A stretch of 64,000 nucleotides of DNA, taken from assembly GCA_016215655.1 (NCBI GenBank), contig JACRIT010000004.1, positions 13,492-77,491 of the forward strand. The letters are read 5' to 3'. The notes under the pieces are model-generated. The model had not been told where the DNA came from. It saw nothing but the letters and a program-made list of their open reading frames with translations, and did not search any database. The position numbers and the translations under genes were made by a program. Source of the stretch: Acidimicrobiia bacterium. GTDB lineage: Bacteria > Actinomycetota > Acidimicrobiia > Spongiisociales > UBA11373. Position 1 is the stretch's first letter. Each line of letters starts with the position of its first letter. Shown here piece by piece: positions 18,865-28,702 of this stretch.

Positions 18865-20124
18865 GTGAGTCGGGACCGGGCGGACGTCGTCATCGTCGGG
18901 GGCGGGATCATGGGGTTGTCGATCGCCCACCAGATCGCCCGGCGCGACGCGCGGCGGATCGTGCTGCTGGAGAAGGCACTCAACGTCGGTGAAGGGAGCA
19001 CCGGCGCCTCGTGCGCCATCCTTCGTCAGCGCTACACCCACCCCGAGGCGATCACGATGGCGCGCGACGGATTGCGCGCCCACCGCAACTGGGCGAAGTA
19101 CACCGGCATCGCCCAGCCGCGCGCCCGCTTCCACCACACCGGGGTGCTGTGGATGATGGGTGAGACCCCTGCCGCCATCGAGAGGAGCCGGGCCACGATG
19201 GCGGGTCTCGGCATCGGGGTGGAGGTCCTCGATGCCGCCGAGATGCGGCGGCGCTTCCCGGCGTTGAGCGCCTGCAATCGCCCGTTCGATCTCACCGGCG
19301 CCACAGAGCACGAGTGCGCCGATCATCCGTCGTTTCTCTTCGAGACGGAGAGCGGCTTCTTCGACCCGGTGTCCGCCGCCCAGGATCTGCTCGAGGCAGT
19401 GCGCGCCGAAGGAGTCGAGGTTCGGCTGCGGACCAAGGTGACCGGGATCCGCACTGCTGGGGGGCGGATCGCGGGTGTGGACCTCGCCGACGGGACCGGC
19501 ATCGACACCCCGGTGGTGGTCAACACGGCCGGGCCGTGGGCGCCGCAAGTGGCTCGGATGGCCGGCTTCGACTACAAGACCCATGGGTGGACGATTCGCC
19601 CCATTCGAGCGCAGGTGATCTACCGGGAGTGGCCCCGCGACGCCGTACCCGGTCCGCTGCCGGTGGTGGCGGACTCATCGGGTGGGATCTACTTCCGTCC
19701 CGAGGCAGGCGGGCAGCAGATCCTGATGGGATCGATTCGCGAAGAAGACGAGCAGGAGGTGGTGGCCGACCCCGATGTGTTCAACGGCAACATCGATGCC
19801 GCCTTTCGCGATGTGAAGATCCATGCCCTCCATCACCGCATTCCCGCTTTGCCCTACCGGGGGCAGGTCACCGGCGTGGCGGGGATGTATGACATGAACA
19901 TCGAAGACGTCCACGCCGTGATCGGCCCGACCTCCCTTGAGGGCTTCATCGTCGCCAACGGTTTCAGCGGCCACGGGTTCAAGGAGTCGCCGGCGGTGGG
20001 ATCGATGGTGGCTCGTCACCTCACCGGAGCCGCCCCCGACGAGTGGGACACCGAGGCCCCCATGGAGTTCTTCTCCATCGAGCGCTCGCCGATCGTGCTG
20101 CACGAAAAGGCCGTGCTGGCGTAG
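18865..20124 (+). CDS. FAD-dependent amino-acid oxidoreductase (DAO / sarcosine oxidase beta-like)
   Basis: VIVGGGIMG, GST and GFSGHGFK motifs. Confidence 0.85.
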   Translation: MSRDRADVVIVGGGIMGLSIAHQIARRDARRIVLLEKALNVGEGSTGASCAILRQRYTHPEAITMARDGLRAHRNWAKYTGIAQPRARFHHTGVLWMMGETPAAIERSRATMAGLGIGVEVLDAAEMRRRFPALSACNRPFDLTGATEHECADHPSFLFETESGFFDPVSAAQDLLEAVRAEGVEVRLRTKVTGIRTAGGRIAGVDLADGTGIDTPVVVNTAGPWAPQVARMAGFDYKTHGWTIRPIRAQVIYREWPRDAVPGPLPVVADSSGGIYFRPEAGGQQILMGSIREEDEQEVVADPDVFNGNIDAAFRDVKIHALHHRIPALPYRGQVTGVAGMYDMNIEDVHAVIGPTSLEGFIVANGFSGHGFKESPAVGSMVARHLTGAAPDEWDTEAPMEFFSIERSPIVLHEKAVLA

Positions 20125-20145
20125 GCACCAGGCAACGGGTAACGC

Positions 20146-22089
20146 CTAGCTCGCCGCTATCCCCATCAGCTTCAAGAACGCCTCCTGGCTCGGTTCACGG
20201 CCGAGGAAGTCCCGCAGGAGATCCATCGGGTCCCGTGAGCCACCGGGGGCGAGCACCTTGGATCGATAGTCGGCGCCGACGGTGGGGCTGACCACGCCCT
20301 CCGCCTGGAACCGGCTGAACATGTCATCGCCGTAGACCTTGGCCCACAGATACCCGTAGTACCCGGCGTCGTAGCCGAACAGGTGACCGAACGACGCCGG
20401 ATAGAAGGTGCCCTCCTGGAAGGGGAACCCGGCGATCTCGGAGGTGGTCTTCGTGATGGCGTCGAGATCCTTCTCGGCTCCCGGGCCGTGGAATGCCATG
20501 TCGAGCGCTCCGAAGGACACCTGACGCAGCATGGCGAGGGCGATGTGCAGGTCGCGCGCCGCCACGAGCTGTTCGACCAGGTCGTCGGGGATGGGGGCAC
20601 CGGTTTGGTGATGGCGGGCAAAGCGCCGCAACACATCGGCGTTCCAGCACCAGTGCTCCATGATCTGTGATGGTGCCTCGACGAAGTCCCACTCGGTGTT
20701 GTACCCGGCGAAGCGCGCCAGCTGGGTATGACCGAGGCTGTTGTGCAGCACATGACCGAACTCGTGGAAGAGCGTCACCACCTCGTCGTGGCGTAGCAGC
20801 GACGGGGCCGTGGCACTCGGCTTTGTGAGGTTGGCGAGAATCGCGGTCACGGGGAGCACATACCCCTCGCCCTCGGCGCGGGCCGAGCGGAGGTCGAACG
20901 CGGCGGCGTGACCGAACTTCCCCTCCCGGGGGAACAGGTCCATGTAGAAGGTCGCCAGCATGGCGCCATCCCCGGCGTCGAGGATGTCGTAGGCGACGAC
21001 ATCGGGATGCCATGCGGCCAGCTCCGGGTGCTTGCGGTACTCGAGTCCGAGCACCTCCCCGGTGATGGCGAACATGCCGTCGAGGACCTGCTGGAGCGGG
21101 AAGTACGCCGCCACCTGGGAGGGGTCGACGCCGAACCGTTCACGGCGGATCTTCGTGTGGAGGTAGCGGTGATCCCACGGCTCCAGGTCGTCGCTGCCGA
21201 GGGCGGCGGCGAGATCGGCGAGCTCCTCGCGGGCCTTTGCGGTGAGGCCGGGGACGATGCCGGCGTAGAGGCGTTCCACGGCGGCGGGCTCCTTTGCCAT
21301 CTTCAACTCCATGGCGTAGTGGGCCCAGGAGGCGGCACCGAAGATCTCGGCGATGCGCTGGCGCAGCCGGATGGCTTCGGCAAGCAGCGGACGGTTGATG
21401 TCGACGGCCTTGTTGAAGAACTTGAATTGGAGTGCCCGCCGGAGCTCCCGATCGTGGGCCTGGTCCATGAACGGGTAGTAATCGGGGTAGTCGAGACTGA
21501 CGCGATAGGTCCCCGGCTCCTTGCCGGCGGCGAGCCGGGCGAGCGCGTCGTCGGGCAGGCCGGCGAGCTGGTCTTTCGTGAGGTCGAGTCCATCTTCGAA
21601 CTCGTCGATGTTGCGGGAGAAGGCGACTTCGAGCTCGACGAGCCGAGTACGGTGGCGCTGCACCTCCCCACGAGCCTCCGCCGACAGCCCATGGCCGGCG
21701 CGGCGGAAGTCGCGCCGGGTGAATTCCAGGAACCGCCTGCGCTCGTCCCCGAGTGCCGCCGCCTCGGGAGTGGCCGCGAAGGCCTCGATGGCTTCGTACA
21801 GGTCGCGGCGGAACACGAGGTCGGATTGCCATTTGGAGAGCGTCTCTTCCGCCGCCTGGGCAGCCTCGCGAACCGCCCGATCCGGGTGGGCGCGAGCCAT
21901 GAACGGACCCTTGCCGTAGGCGTCGACCATGCGTGCCCCGAGCCGGTCGAGTGGGGCCATGGTGCGGTCCCAGGTGGGGGCCGGGGAGGAAGCGACGATG
22001 CCGGCGACGAGCTCTTCGCCGGCGACGATGGCGTCGGCGACCGCAGCCGTCACCGACTCGGGTGTCGTGGTGGTGTAGTCGTGGAGCAC
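20146..22089 (-). CDS. M3 family oligopeptidase (thimet-like)
   Basis: DLFPREGK, TLFHEFGH, DFVEAPSQ and GYYGYLW motifs. Confidence 0.95.
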   Translation of the reverse strand: MLHDYTTTTPESVTAAVADAIVAGEELVAGIVASSPAPTWDRTMAPLDRLGARMVDAYGKGPFMARAHPDRAVREAAQAAEETLSKWQSDLVFRRDLYEAIEAFAATPEAAALGDERRRFLEFTRRDFRRAGHGLSAEARGEVQRHRTRLVELEVAFSRNIDEFEDGLDLTKDQLAGLPDDALARLAAGKEPGTYRVSLDYPDYYPFMDQAHDRELRRALQFKFFNKAVDINRPLLAEAIRLRQRIAEIFGAASWAHYAMELKMAKEPAAVERLYAGIVPGLTAKAREELADLAAALGSDDLEPWDHRYLHTKIRRERFGVDPSQVAAYFPLQQVLDGMFAITGEVLGLEYRKHPELAAWHPDVVAYDILDAGDGAMLATFYMDLFPREGKFGHAAAFDLRSARAEGEGYVLPVTAILANLTKPSATAPSLLRHDEVVTLFHEFGHVLHNSLGHTQLARFAGYNTEWDFVEAPSQIMEHWCWNADVLRRFARHHQTGAPIPDDLVEQLVAARDLHIALAMLRQVSFGALDMAFHGPGAEKDLDAITKTTSEIAGFPFQEGTFYPASFGHLFGYDAGYYGYLWAKVYGDDMFSRFQAEGVVSPTVGADYRSKVLAPGGSRDPMDLLRDFLGREPSQEAFLKLMGIAAS

Positions 22090-22142
22090 GGGGGCGAGGT
22101 TACCGTCGGTCGGCCCGGACTCGTTTGGCTCGTCGCGCCGAA

Positions 22143-23729
22143 TCAGCCATCGAACTCGCCGATCCCGTACATGAACCCATCGCGGTTGCCCACGTAGATC
22201 ATTCCCTTCCACACGGCTGGAGTGGCCTCGACGTTTCCGGTGCCCACCTTGAAGCTCCACACCAAGCTCGGGCTCCGCGGGTTGCCGAGATCGAACCGGC
22301 GGAGGACCCCATCGTTCGAGGCCACGACCAATTGGTTGTCGACGATCACCGGTGAAGCCCAGGAACCCGGGCTGAGCGTGTAGACCCAGAGCTCCTCACC
22401 TGTCGCCTGATCGACGGCGACGAGGTATCCCTTGTGCGTGACCGCGTAGATCACGCCGTCGCCGAGGGCCGGCGTCGACCAGAGCCCTCCCTTGTTCGGG
22501 GACTCCGTGAGCGAGTACATGCCCCACACCCACGGGTTGTCCGGGTTGTACGGATCGAGCTTGATGAGCTGCCCGACCTCGCGAGCTCGGGGGAGATATC
22601 GCTCGTATTCGGCAGAGACGTAGATGAACCCCTCCTGGTCCACGAAGATGGTGGCGTCGACATCGTCGCCCACCCAGTAGTCGAACACCACCTCGGGGTC
22701 GTTGCCGATCTCGAGGCCGGTGATGTCGAGCCCGATGACGCGGCCTCCGGAGTTGGCGAAGTACACCCTGCCCTCGTACATCGCGGTGGAGTTCTCCACG
22801 CTCACCGCTGGGTACGTCGAGCCGATGGCGGAAAGCAGCTCGTCGGTCCAGGTCTCCATCTCGAAGACGACCTCCGGGCTGAGGCTCACCAGCCCGAGGC
22901 TGTCATAGCCGCGATTGAGCTTGAAGATGTAGTAGATCGAGTTCTCGCCGCCTTCGAACATGAAGTCGTTCATGATGAGCGGGCTCGAGTCCCAGTCGTC
23001 GTTCCAGCGTCCGGTCCCGGTGGCGTCGAACTCCCAGATCACCACCGGGTCGGAGCGATCGAGGGCCACGGCGCGGATCTTGTTGTCGCGGCTGCCGAAG
23101 TAGACGATCGGATACCCGTCGGGATCGATGGTCGGTGTGCCTTTGATGATGTCGCCGGTGAGGATGGGCGATCGGGTGCGGGTGCCGGTGTCGGCGTCGA
23201 TGAAGTGCAGCCGTCCGTCATAGGCGCCGAAGATCATCTCGGTGACGCGATCGGGCCGCTCCCAGATGACGGGCTGACCCGTCCAGCCATTGCCGCACCA
23301 CGTCGCAGTCACCCCCAGGTCCGTCGACGTGGAGCACATCGCCGTGTCCGGGTAGGTCCACTTCAGGTCGGGTGCATCGGGAACCGGCCCCTCGCCGTAG
23401 TAGGTCCGTGTCGGATTGCCCCGAAAGGTGAGCAGACCCTCGACCTCGGTGCCGTAGGGGGCGCCCACGAACCGGGAGTCGCTCCACGCGCTGAAGGCCT
23501 CGCCGGGGAGCGTCGTGGTGGTGGTGCCGGGAACGGTCACCAGCGTGGTGTCGGTACCCGTGGTGGCGTCGGTCGACGGCGTGGTCAGGGTCGTGAAGGC
23601 CTCGATGGGAGTGGTCGTTGGTGACCCTTCTCCGTCCGCGGCGAAGACCCAGAACGACATCACGCTCGAGACCAGCAGCAGACCGCCAACGGCCGCGCCG
23701 ATCTGCCAGGGATGCCGGTGGGGCCGCAT
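22143..23729 (-). CDS. membrane-anchored PQQ-like beta-propeller repeat protein
   Basis: N-terminal TM and Thr-rich linker; TFRGN and repeated S/TP..W propeller blades. Confidence 0.75.
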   Translation of the reverse strand: MRPHRHPWQIGAAVGGLLLVSSVMSFWVFAADGEGSPTTTPIEAFTTLTTPSTDATTGTDTTLVTVPGTTTTTLPGEAFSAWSDSRFVGAPYGTEVEGLLTFRGNPTRTYYGEGPVPDAPDLKWTYPDTAMCSTSTDLGVTATWCGNGWTGQPVIWERPDRVTEMIFGAYDGRLHFIDADTGTRTRSPILTGDIIKGTPTIDPDGYPIVYFGSRDNKIRAVALDRSDPVVIWEFDATGTGRWNDDWDSSPLIMNDFMFEGGENSIYYIFKLNRGYDSLGLVSLSPEVVFEMETWTDELLSAIGSTYPAVSVENSTAMYEGRVYFANSGGRVIGLDITGLEIGNDPEVVFDYWVGDDVDATIFVDQEGFIYVSAEYERYLPRAREVGQLIKLDPYNPDNPWVWGMYSLTESPNKGGLWSTPALGDGVIYAVTHKGYLVAVDQATGEELWVYTLSPGSWASPVIVDNQLVVASNDGVLRRFDLGNPRSPSLVWSFKVGTGNVEATPAVWKGMIYVGNRDGFMYGIGEFDG

Positions 23730-23803
23730 GACCACGAAGTGTATGGGCGGATGCGGACAACGGACCGTCACAGCGAAAGGCGACGGGACGTTGCCGATCC
23801 GTC

Positions 23804-24238
23804 TCAGGTCGTGGGGCGGCGTCGGATCATCCAGCGGTCGGGCCGCTCGAGGATCTCGAACCCGGCCCGACGGTAGAGATCGTGGGCATCGGCGGTGGCG
23901 AGGACGAAGCGCTGGATGCCCGCCAGGTCGGGGTGATCGACGGCCGCGGTCACCAGAGCCTTGCCGAGACCGCGGCCCCGATGGTCTGGGGTGACGAACA
24001 CGTCGCACAACCAGGCGAATGTCGCCCGATCGGTGACGACTCGCGCCATGCCGACCATGGTGCCGCGGTGATACCCGCCCAGGGTCAGGCTGTGGCGGAG
24101 GGAGCGCTCGACGACGGCGCGAGATCGTCCGCGCGCCCAATAGGACTCCTCGCTGAGCCATCGGAAGACGGTGTCGCCATCGACGAGGGCCGGGTCGTCG
24201 GACACGAGGTACTCACCCACCTCGGCCGAATACGTCAT
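23804..24238 (-). CDS. GNAT family N-acetyltransferase
   Basis: SYWARGR, ARVVTD, DVFV..HRGRGLG and LYRRAGF motifs. Confidence 0.9.
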   Translation of the reverse strand: MTYSAEVGEYLVSDDPALVDGDTVFRWLSEESYWARGRSRAVVERSLRHSLTLGGYHRGTMVGMARVVTDRATFAWLCDVFVTPDHRGRGLGKALVTAAVDHPDLAGIQRFVLATADAHDLYRRAGFEILERPDRWMIRRRPTT

Positions 24239-25254
24239 GGGATCACCATGAGCCGGCCCATAGCGGGCGACTCGCCCCGGCTGAGCGAGAGGATGGCGTC
24301 GGCGGCCTCCGCCAGCGTGGCCCGAGCCAACGGTGGCGACTGCAGCGATCCGTCGGCGAGGCCGGCGAGGACTCGTTCGGTGTCTCCGGGCAGGCTGCCG
24401 TATGACCCGCGCAGGGTGTACTCGAAGTTGGACCAGAGCACCGGGGGGAGGGTGACGAGCGGTTCCGGACCGACACCGACCGCCACGGCGCGGCCTCCGG
24501 GCCGGATCGACTTCACCGCCGCATCGACCGTGGCGGCGCGGCCCACGAACTCGAGGGCGACATCCACGCCGCCGTCGGTGAGCATCTTCACCGATCGGCC
24601 CAGAGAGCCCCCGGCCTCGACGAGGACGCAGTCGTCGGCCCCCAGGAGCGCCGCCCGGTCGAGGGCGGCCGGGTCGATGTCGGCGGCGATCACCCGTGCC
24701 GCTCCGAGATTGCGGGCGATCTGCGCGGCATAGGTGCCGAGGCCGCCGAGGCCGATCACGAGGACGGTTTCGCCGGGCTGCAGTGCCGCGGTACGGGTGA
24801 CGGCGTGAAGCGCGGTGGCCCCGGCATCGACCGCGGTGGCGGCGGCGGCGGGCTCCACACCGGTCGGAATGGGGACGACCGCAGCCACCGGAACCGACAC
24901 GGCATCGGCGAGGCCCCCATCGGCATGGATGCCGATCACCGTCGCCGATTCGCAGAGGTTGGGACGACCCTCGGAGCAGCGCCGGCAGGATCCGCACGAT
25001 GCGCCCACGGTCACCACCACCGCGATGCCGGGGCGAAGGCCCGAGGAGGCCGGGTCGTCGATCACGCCGGCGATCTCGTGACCCAGGGTGATCGGCACGT
25101 GTCCGGTGCGTGCGGTTCCGTCGAGGAAGTGGAGATCGGAACCACAGACCCCGCAGGCCATCACCGAGATCACCACCGTGTCGGGTGAGGGCCGGGGATC
25201 GGCGACGTCTTCGAGGCGGAGTTCGCCCGGACCATGAAAACGCAGTGCACGCAT
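24235..25254 (-). CDS. zinc-dependent alcohol dehydrogenase (MDR)
   Basis: CGSDLH, GHE, structural CxxCxxC-x7-C and GLGGLG motifs. Confidence 0.9.
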   Translation of the reverse strand: MRALRFHGPGELRLEDVADPRPSPDTVVISVMACGVCGSDLHFLDGTARTGHVPITLGHEIAGVIDDPASSGLRPGIAVVVTVGASCGSCRRCSEGRPNLCESATVIGIHADGGLADAVSVPVAAVVPIPTGVEPAAAATAVDAGATALHAVTRTAALQPGETVLVIGLGGLGTYAAQIARNLGAARVIAADIDPAALDRAALLGADDCVLVEAGGSLGRSVKMLTDGGVDVALEFVGRAATVDAAVKSIRPGGRAVAVGVGPEPLVTLPPVLWSNFEYTLRGSYGSLPGDTERVLAGLADGSLQSPPLARATLAEAADAILSLSRGESPAMGRLMVIP

Positions 25255-25468
25255 GCCGGCAAGTGTCCCAGATGGCGCTGGCTGGGGCCGGACTAGTCCC
25301 GAGGCGTCTGGGGGAATGGCGAGGACCGAACACCCTGAGCGGTGTGTCAATCGGGCAACGTCCTGCCCATCGGTGGGGACACGACGAAGACGGTGTGCCG
25401 CACGGCGTCAGCGGCCGGAGTCGACCACGCTCTACGATGCCCGGCAACGCCGGGGAGGAGGGACCCGC

Positions 25469-26524
25469 ATGAGCAACATCGTCCACGTGGTCGGCACCGG
25501 CACGATCGGCGAGCCGCTGATCGGACTGCTCGCCGATCACGCCGCCGACTTCGGCATCGACGAGGTGTCGTTCCACAAGCGGACCCCGATGATCGAGGAG
25601 CGAGCCAAGGTCAAGGACCTCGTGGGACGCGGCGCCACCCTCGCGGTCGACGACGATCGTCGGGCCTCGTTCGAGGAGATCGGCCATGCACCCAAGCTGG
25701 GCACGATGGAGGCGATCGAGCGCGCCGCCGTGGTCATCGACTGCACGCCGGCGGGCAACGCCAACAAGCTCGAGTACTACCAGAAGGCGCGCGGACCCCG
25801 GGGGTTCCTCGCTCAGGGCTCGGAGTTCGGATTCGGGAAGATGTACGCGCGGGGGATCAATGACGAGGCCCTCGACCACGAGACCGATCGCTATGTGCAG
25901 GTGGTGTCGTGCAACACCCACAACATCGCGGTCCTCATCAGGACGCTGGCGATGGGTTCAGACGGCACGTCCCACCTCGAAAGCGGCCGATTCCTGTGCA
26001 TGCGGCGGGCGAACGACATCAGCCAGGACGGATCGTTCATTCCCAGCCCCAGCGTCGGGCGGCACGACGACCCGCGCTTTGGCACCCACCACGCCCGAGA
26101 CGCCCATCACCTCTTCGAGACCCTCGGCTACGACCTGCCGATCTTCTCATCTGCGGTGAAGCTCAACACCCAGTACATGCACGCCCTGCACTTCAGCCTC
26201 CAGCTCGACCGCGCCGTCACCGTCAAGGAGGCGATCGACCTCCTTGCCGCCAACCCCCGTGTGGCGCTCACCCACAAGCGGTCCGCCAACCAGATCTTCT
26301 CGTTCGGCCGCGACCACGGGTACTACGGGCGAATCCTCAGCCAGACCGTCGTGCCCATCGACACGCTGGCGGTGCGCAACGGGAACGAGCTGGTCGGCTT
26401 CTGTTTCACGCCTCAGGACGGCAATGCCTTGTTGTCGTCGATCGCGGCGACGCTGTGGTACCTCCACGGCGAGGTCGGCGACCGCCTCGAGGTGCTGCGG
26501 CGGTTCCTGTTCCAGGAGGTCTAG
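25469..26524 (+). CDS. archaeal-type (class II) glyceraldehyde-3-phosphate dehydrogenase homologue
   Basis: GTGTIG, IDCTP, QGSE, VVSCNT (catalytic Cys), RRAND, HHARD and MH motifs, collinear with class II GAPDH; GGAGG RBS. Confidence 0.75.
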   Translation: MSNIVHVVGTGTIGEPLIGLLADHAADFGIDEVSFHKRTPMIEERAKVKDLVGRGATLAVDDDRRASFEEIGHAPKLGTMEAIERAAVVIDCTPAGNANKLEYYQKARGPRGFLAQGSEFGFGKMYARGINDEALDHETDRYVQVVSCNTHNIAVLIRTLAMGSDGTSHLESGRFLCMRRANDISQDGSFIPSPSVGRHDDPRFGTHHARDAHHLFETLGYDLPIFSSAVKLNTQYMHALHFSLQLDRAVTVKEAIDLLAANPRVALTHKRSANQIFSFGRDHGYYGRILSQTVVPIDTLAVRNGNELVGFCFTPQDGNALLSSIAATLWYLHGEVGDRLEVLRRFLFQEV

Positions 26525-26615
26525 GAGGCTCAGCGGATAGGGAGCCCCGGAATCTGAAGCCAGCCCGATCCTGGGCTGGCTTCAGATCGAACCAGCGCCC
26601 CATCCGCAGAGCCTC
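26525..26615. repeat. 91-nt nested palindrome (REP/REPIN-like)
   Basis: Perfect 15-bp inner stem (26552-26566 with 26573-26587) and 18/21 outer stem (26525-26545 with 26595-26615). Confidence 0.8.
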
Positions 26616-26680
26616 TCGAGCGCCAACCGGCTCCTTGCCCCAGGCAATGCAGACCCTTCAGGCCGGCCAGGAGTCGGCCG

Positions 26681-27691
26681 ATGACAGGTGGAGTCATGTC
26701 CACCGAGGTCCACCGCGGTTCCGGATCATTGCTGACACCCGGCCATCCCCAGCCGACGATCAGCGCCGCCCGTGACCTCGCCGTGGTCACCGTGGCGGTG
26801 TGGCTGGCGGCGTTCGTCATCCACCACTTTCGCATTCCCGAAGCGCTCGATGCGTGGAACCGGGCACACGAGCAGTGGGCCATCGACGAAGTCACGCTGG
26901 TGTCGTTGTGCGCCGTCGCCGGTCTCGGGGTGTTCTCGTGGCGGCGCTGGCAGGAGTCGTTGCGCACCATCGCACGGCACCAGGCGACGCTGCAGCGGCT
27001 TCGCACGACCGAGAGTGAGATCGCCTCGAAGGACCAGCTGATCCGCACGGTGTCCCACGAACTGCGAACCCCGCTGACCGCCATCCTCGGGTACGCCGAA
27101 CTCCTCGGCGAGTCACGGGATCGGTCGGTCGACCGCGACGAGATGATCACCACCATCCTCCGGCAGGGTCGTGACCTCTCCGACATCGTCGAAGATCTCC
27201 TCACCCGGGCACAGAGCGAGGCGAAGACCCTCAAGGTCGTGGCCGTGCCGGTGAATCTCGTGGCCAATGTCAACCAGGTGCTCGAGTCGTGGAACTCTGC
27301 GGAGCGTGCCCGCGTCACCGTTTCCGGCTCACCCGCCGGAGCCGTCGGGGATCCTGCCCGGGTCCGCCAGATCGTGCGTAATCTGCTCACGAACGCGTTG
27401 CGTTACGGGGCGGGAGCCATCGAGGTCGCCACCGGTGTCCGAGCCTCGGGGGCGTGGCTCGCCGTCTCCGATGAGGGCCCCGGCATTCCCGCCGAGGAGG
27501 CCGAGCGGGTGTTCGAGCCCTATCACCGCGTCGGCGTCGCTCCGACCGCACCGGGGAGCATTGGTCTCGGCCTGGCGATCTCGCGCGAGTTGGCACGCCT
27601 CATGGGCGGGGACCTCACCTATCGGCGCGTGCGGGGTCGGACGGTGTTCGAACTCGGTCTGCCAGTGAATCCGGAGTACGGGGCCGATTGA
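26681..27691 (+). CDS. orphan sensor histidine kinase
   Basis: Two TM segments; SHELRTPL, NLLTNA, DEGPGI and GLGLAI motifs; start could be 26696. Confidence 0.9.
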   Translation: MTGGVMSTEVHRGSGSLLTPGHPQPTISAARDLAVVTVAVWLAAFVIHHFRIPEALDAWNRAHEQWAIDEVTLVSLCAVAGLGVFSWRRWQESLRTIARHQATLQRLRTTESEIASKDQLIRTVSHELRTPLTAILGYAELLGESRDRSVDRDEMITTILRQGRDLSDIVEDLLTRAQSEAKTLKVVAVPVNLVANVNQVLESWNSAERARVTVSGSPAGAVGDPARVRQIVRNLLTNALRYGAGAIEVATGVRASGAWLAVSDEGPGIPAEEAERVFEPYHRVGVAPTAPGSIGLGLAISRELARLMGGDLTYRRVRGRTVFELGLPVNPEYGAD

Positions 27692-27699
27692 GCCGGCGG

Positions 27700-27927
27700 C
27701 TACGTCTTGTAGCGCCACACGATGCGGCCACGGCTCGGGTCGTAGACCGAGAGGTCGAGATCGACCTTGTCACCGGGAAGAATGCGGATGTAGCGTCCGC
27801 GGCGCATCTTGCCGGACGCACGCGCCAGCACCTCGAGACCGCCCTCGATCTCGACGCGGAACATGGCGTTGGGAAGGGTCTCGAGGACCGTTCCCTGCAC
27901 GCGTACGACGTCGTCCTGTTTCGTCAA
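27700..27927 (-). CDS. infA: translation initiation factor IF-1 (stand-alone copy)
   Basis: [23 protein letters not shown] and [11 protein letters not shown] motifs; TTG start inferred. Confidence 0.9.
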   Translation of the reverse strand: MTKQDDVVRVQGTVLETLPNAMFRVEIEGGLEVLARASGKMRRGRYIRILPGDKVDLDLSVYDPSRGRIVWRYKT

Positions 27928-28004
27928 CGAAGCTCCCTGCCGCGGGCGACGTTGCGCCCGATGGACACAACTCTCCCACTGTGCGCGGTGCTGGTCAAAC
28001 ACGA

Positions 28005-28451
28005 TCAGAGGCGATCGGCCTCGTCGAGGGCGGCGACCTGGGCTGCGATCTCGTCCTCGGTTCGACCTGCGGTCGGCACCACGGCCACCTGCGCTCGGCC
28101 GCGGAGGGGGAGGTGGGCAGCCTCCCCGACGACGATGAGCCGGGTGACCCCGGCGTCATCGGCGGCGCGGAGCCACCCCACCACCGCATCCGCCGGGGTG
28201 CCGAACGACAGGAGGCGACCGTCGGTGGCGGCGGCAGTCACCACGACCGCGGTGAAGGCTCCGGTCGCCGCCCCTCCCACGTGGGATGCGTCGCTGAGGT
28301 CGCCGACCGCGACCTTGATGCCGCGACTCCGCCAGGCCTCGGCCTCATCGGGCGCCGAGACGAATGCCCGGACTTCGCCACCCCCTTGGGCGAGGCGGTG
28401 CACGATCGCACGACCGGCGGGGGTGTCGGCTCCGATCACGATCACCGGCAT
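28005..28451 (-). CDS. short NAD(P)-binding Rossmann protein (NmrA-like)
   Basis: [27 protein letters not shown]. Confidence 0.7.
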   Translation of the reverse strand: MPVIVIGADTPAGRAIVHRLAQGGGEVRAFVSAPDEAEAWRSRGIKVAVGDLSDASHVGGAATGAFTAVVVTAAATDGRLLSFGTPADAVVGWLRAADDAGVTRLIVVGEAAHLPLRGRAQVAVVPTAGRTEDEIAAQVAALDEADRL

Positions 28452-28702
28452 GCGAAAAGACTAGGACCGGGATGGAAAACCCAAGGAAATCAACGAAAAC
28501 TCCCGGGGCCATGAGCTGACCCGAGGTGGGTTGGCACCACATAGCGGGGGGAAGGTGTTGTAATAGAGGTGAGCGGTCGGCGCCGGACACGGATCGGTCT
28601 TCCCCCACTCCCCAGTTCCGTGCCGGCGCTACCGCTTATTTCCCCCTTGTGTCGGTGCCACCCCCTGCCACAATCCCTGGTTCACGACACGGATGGAGTC
28701 AC

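Noticed and set aside
23804..25921. 705-aa GNAT fusion, and similar long N-terminal extensions (42350-43978, 22143-24161, 11879-13408, 40623-41534)
   Set aside because: The extensions are Arg/Pro-rich read-back through neighbouring genes. Family homology begins at the shorter starts.
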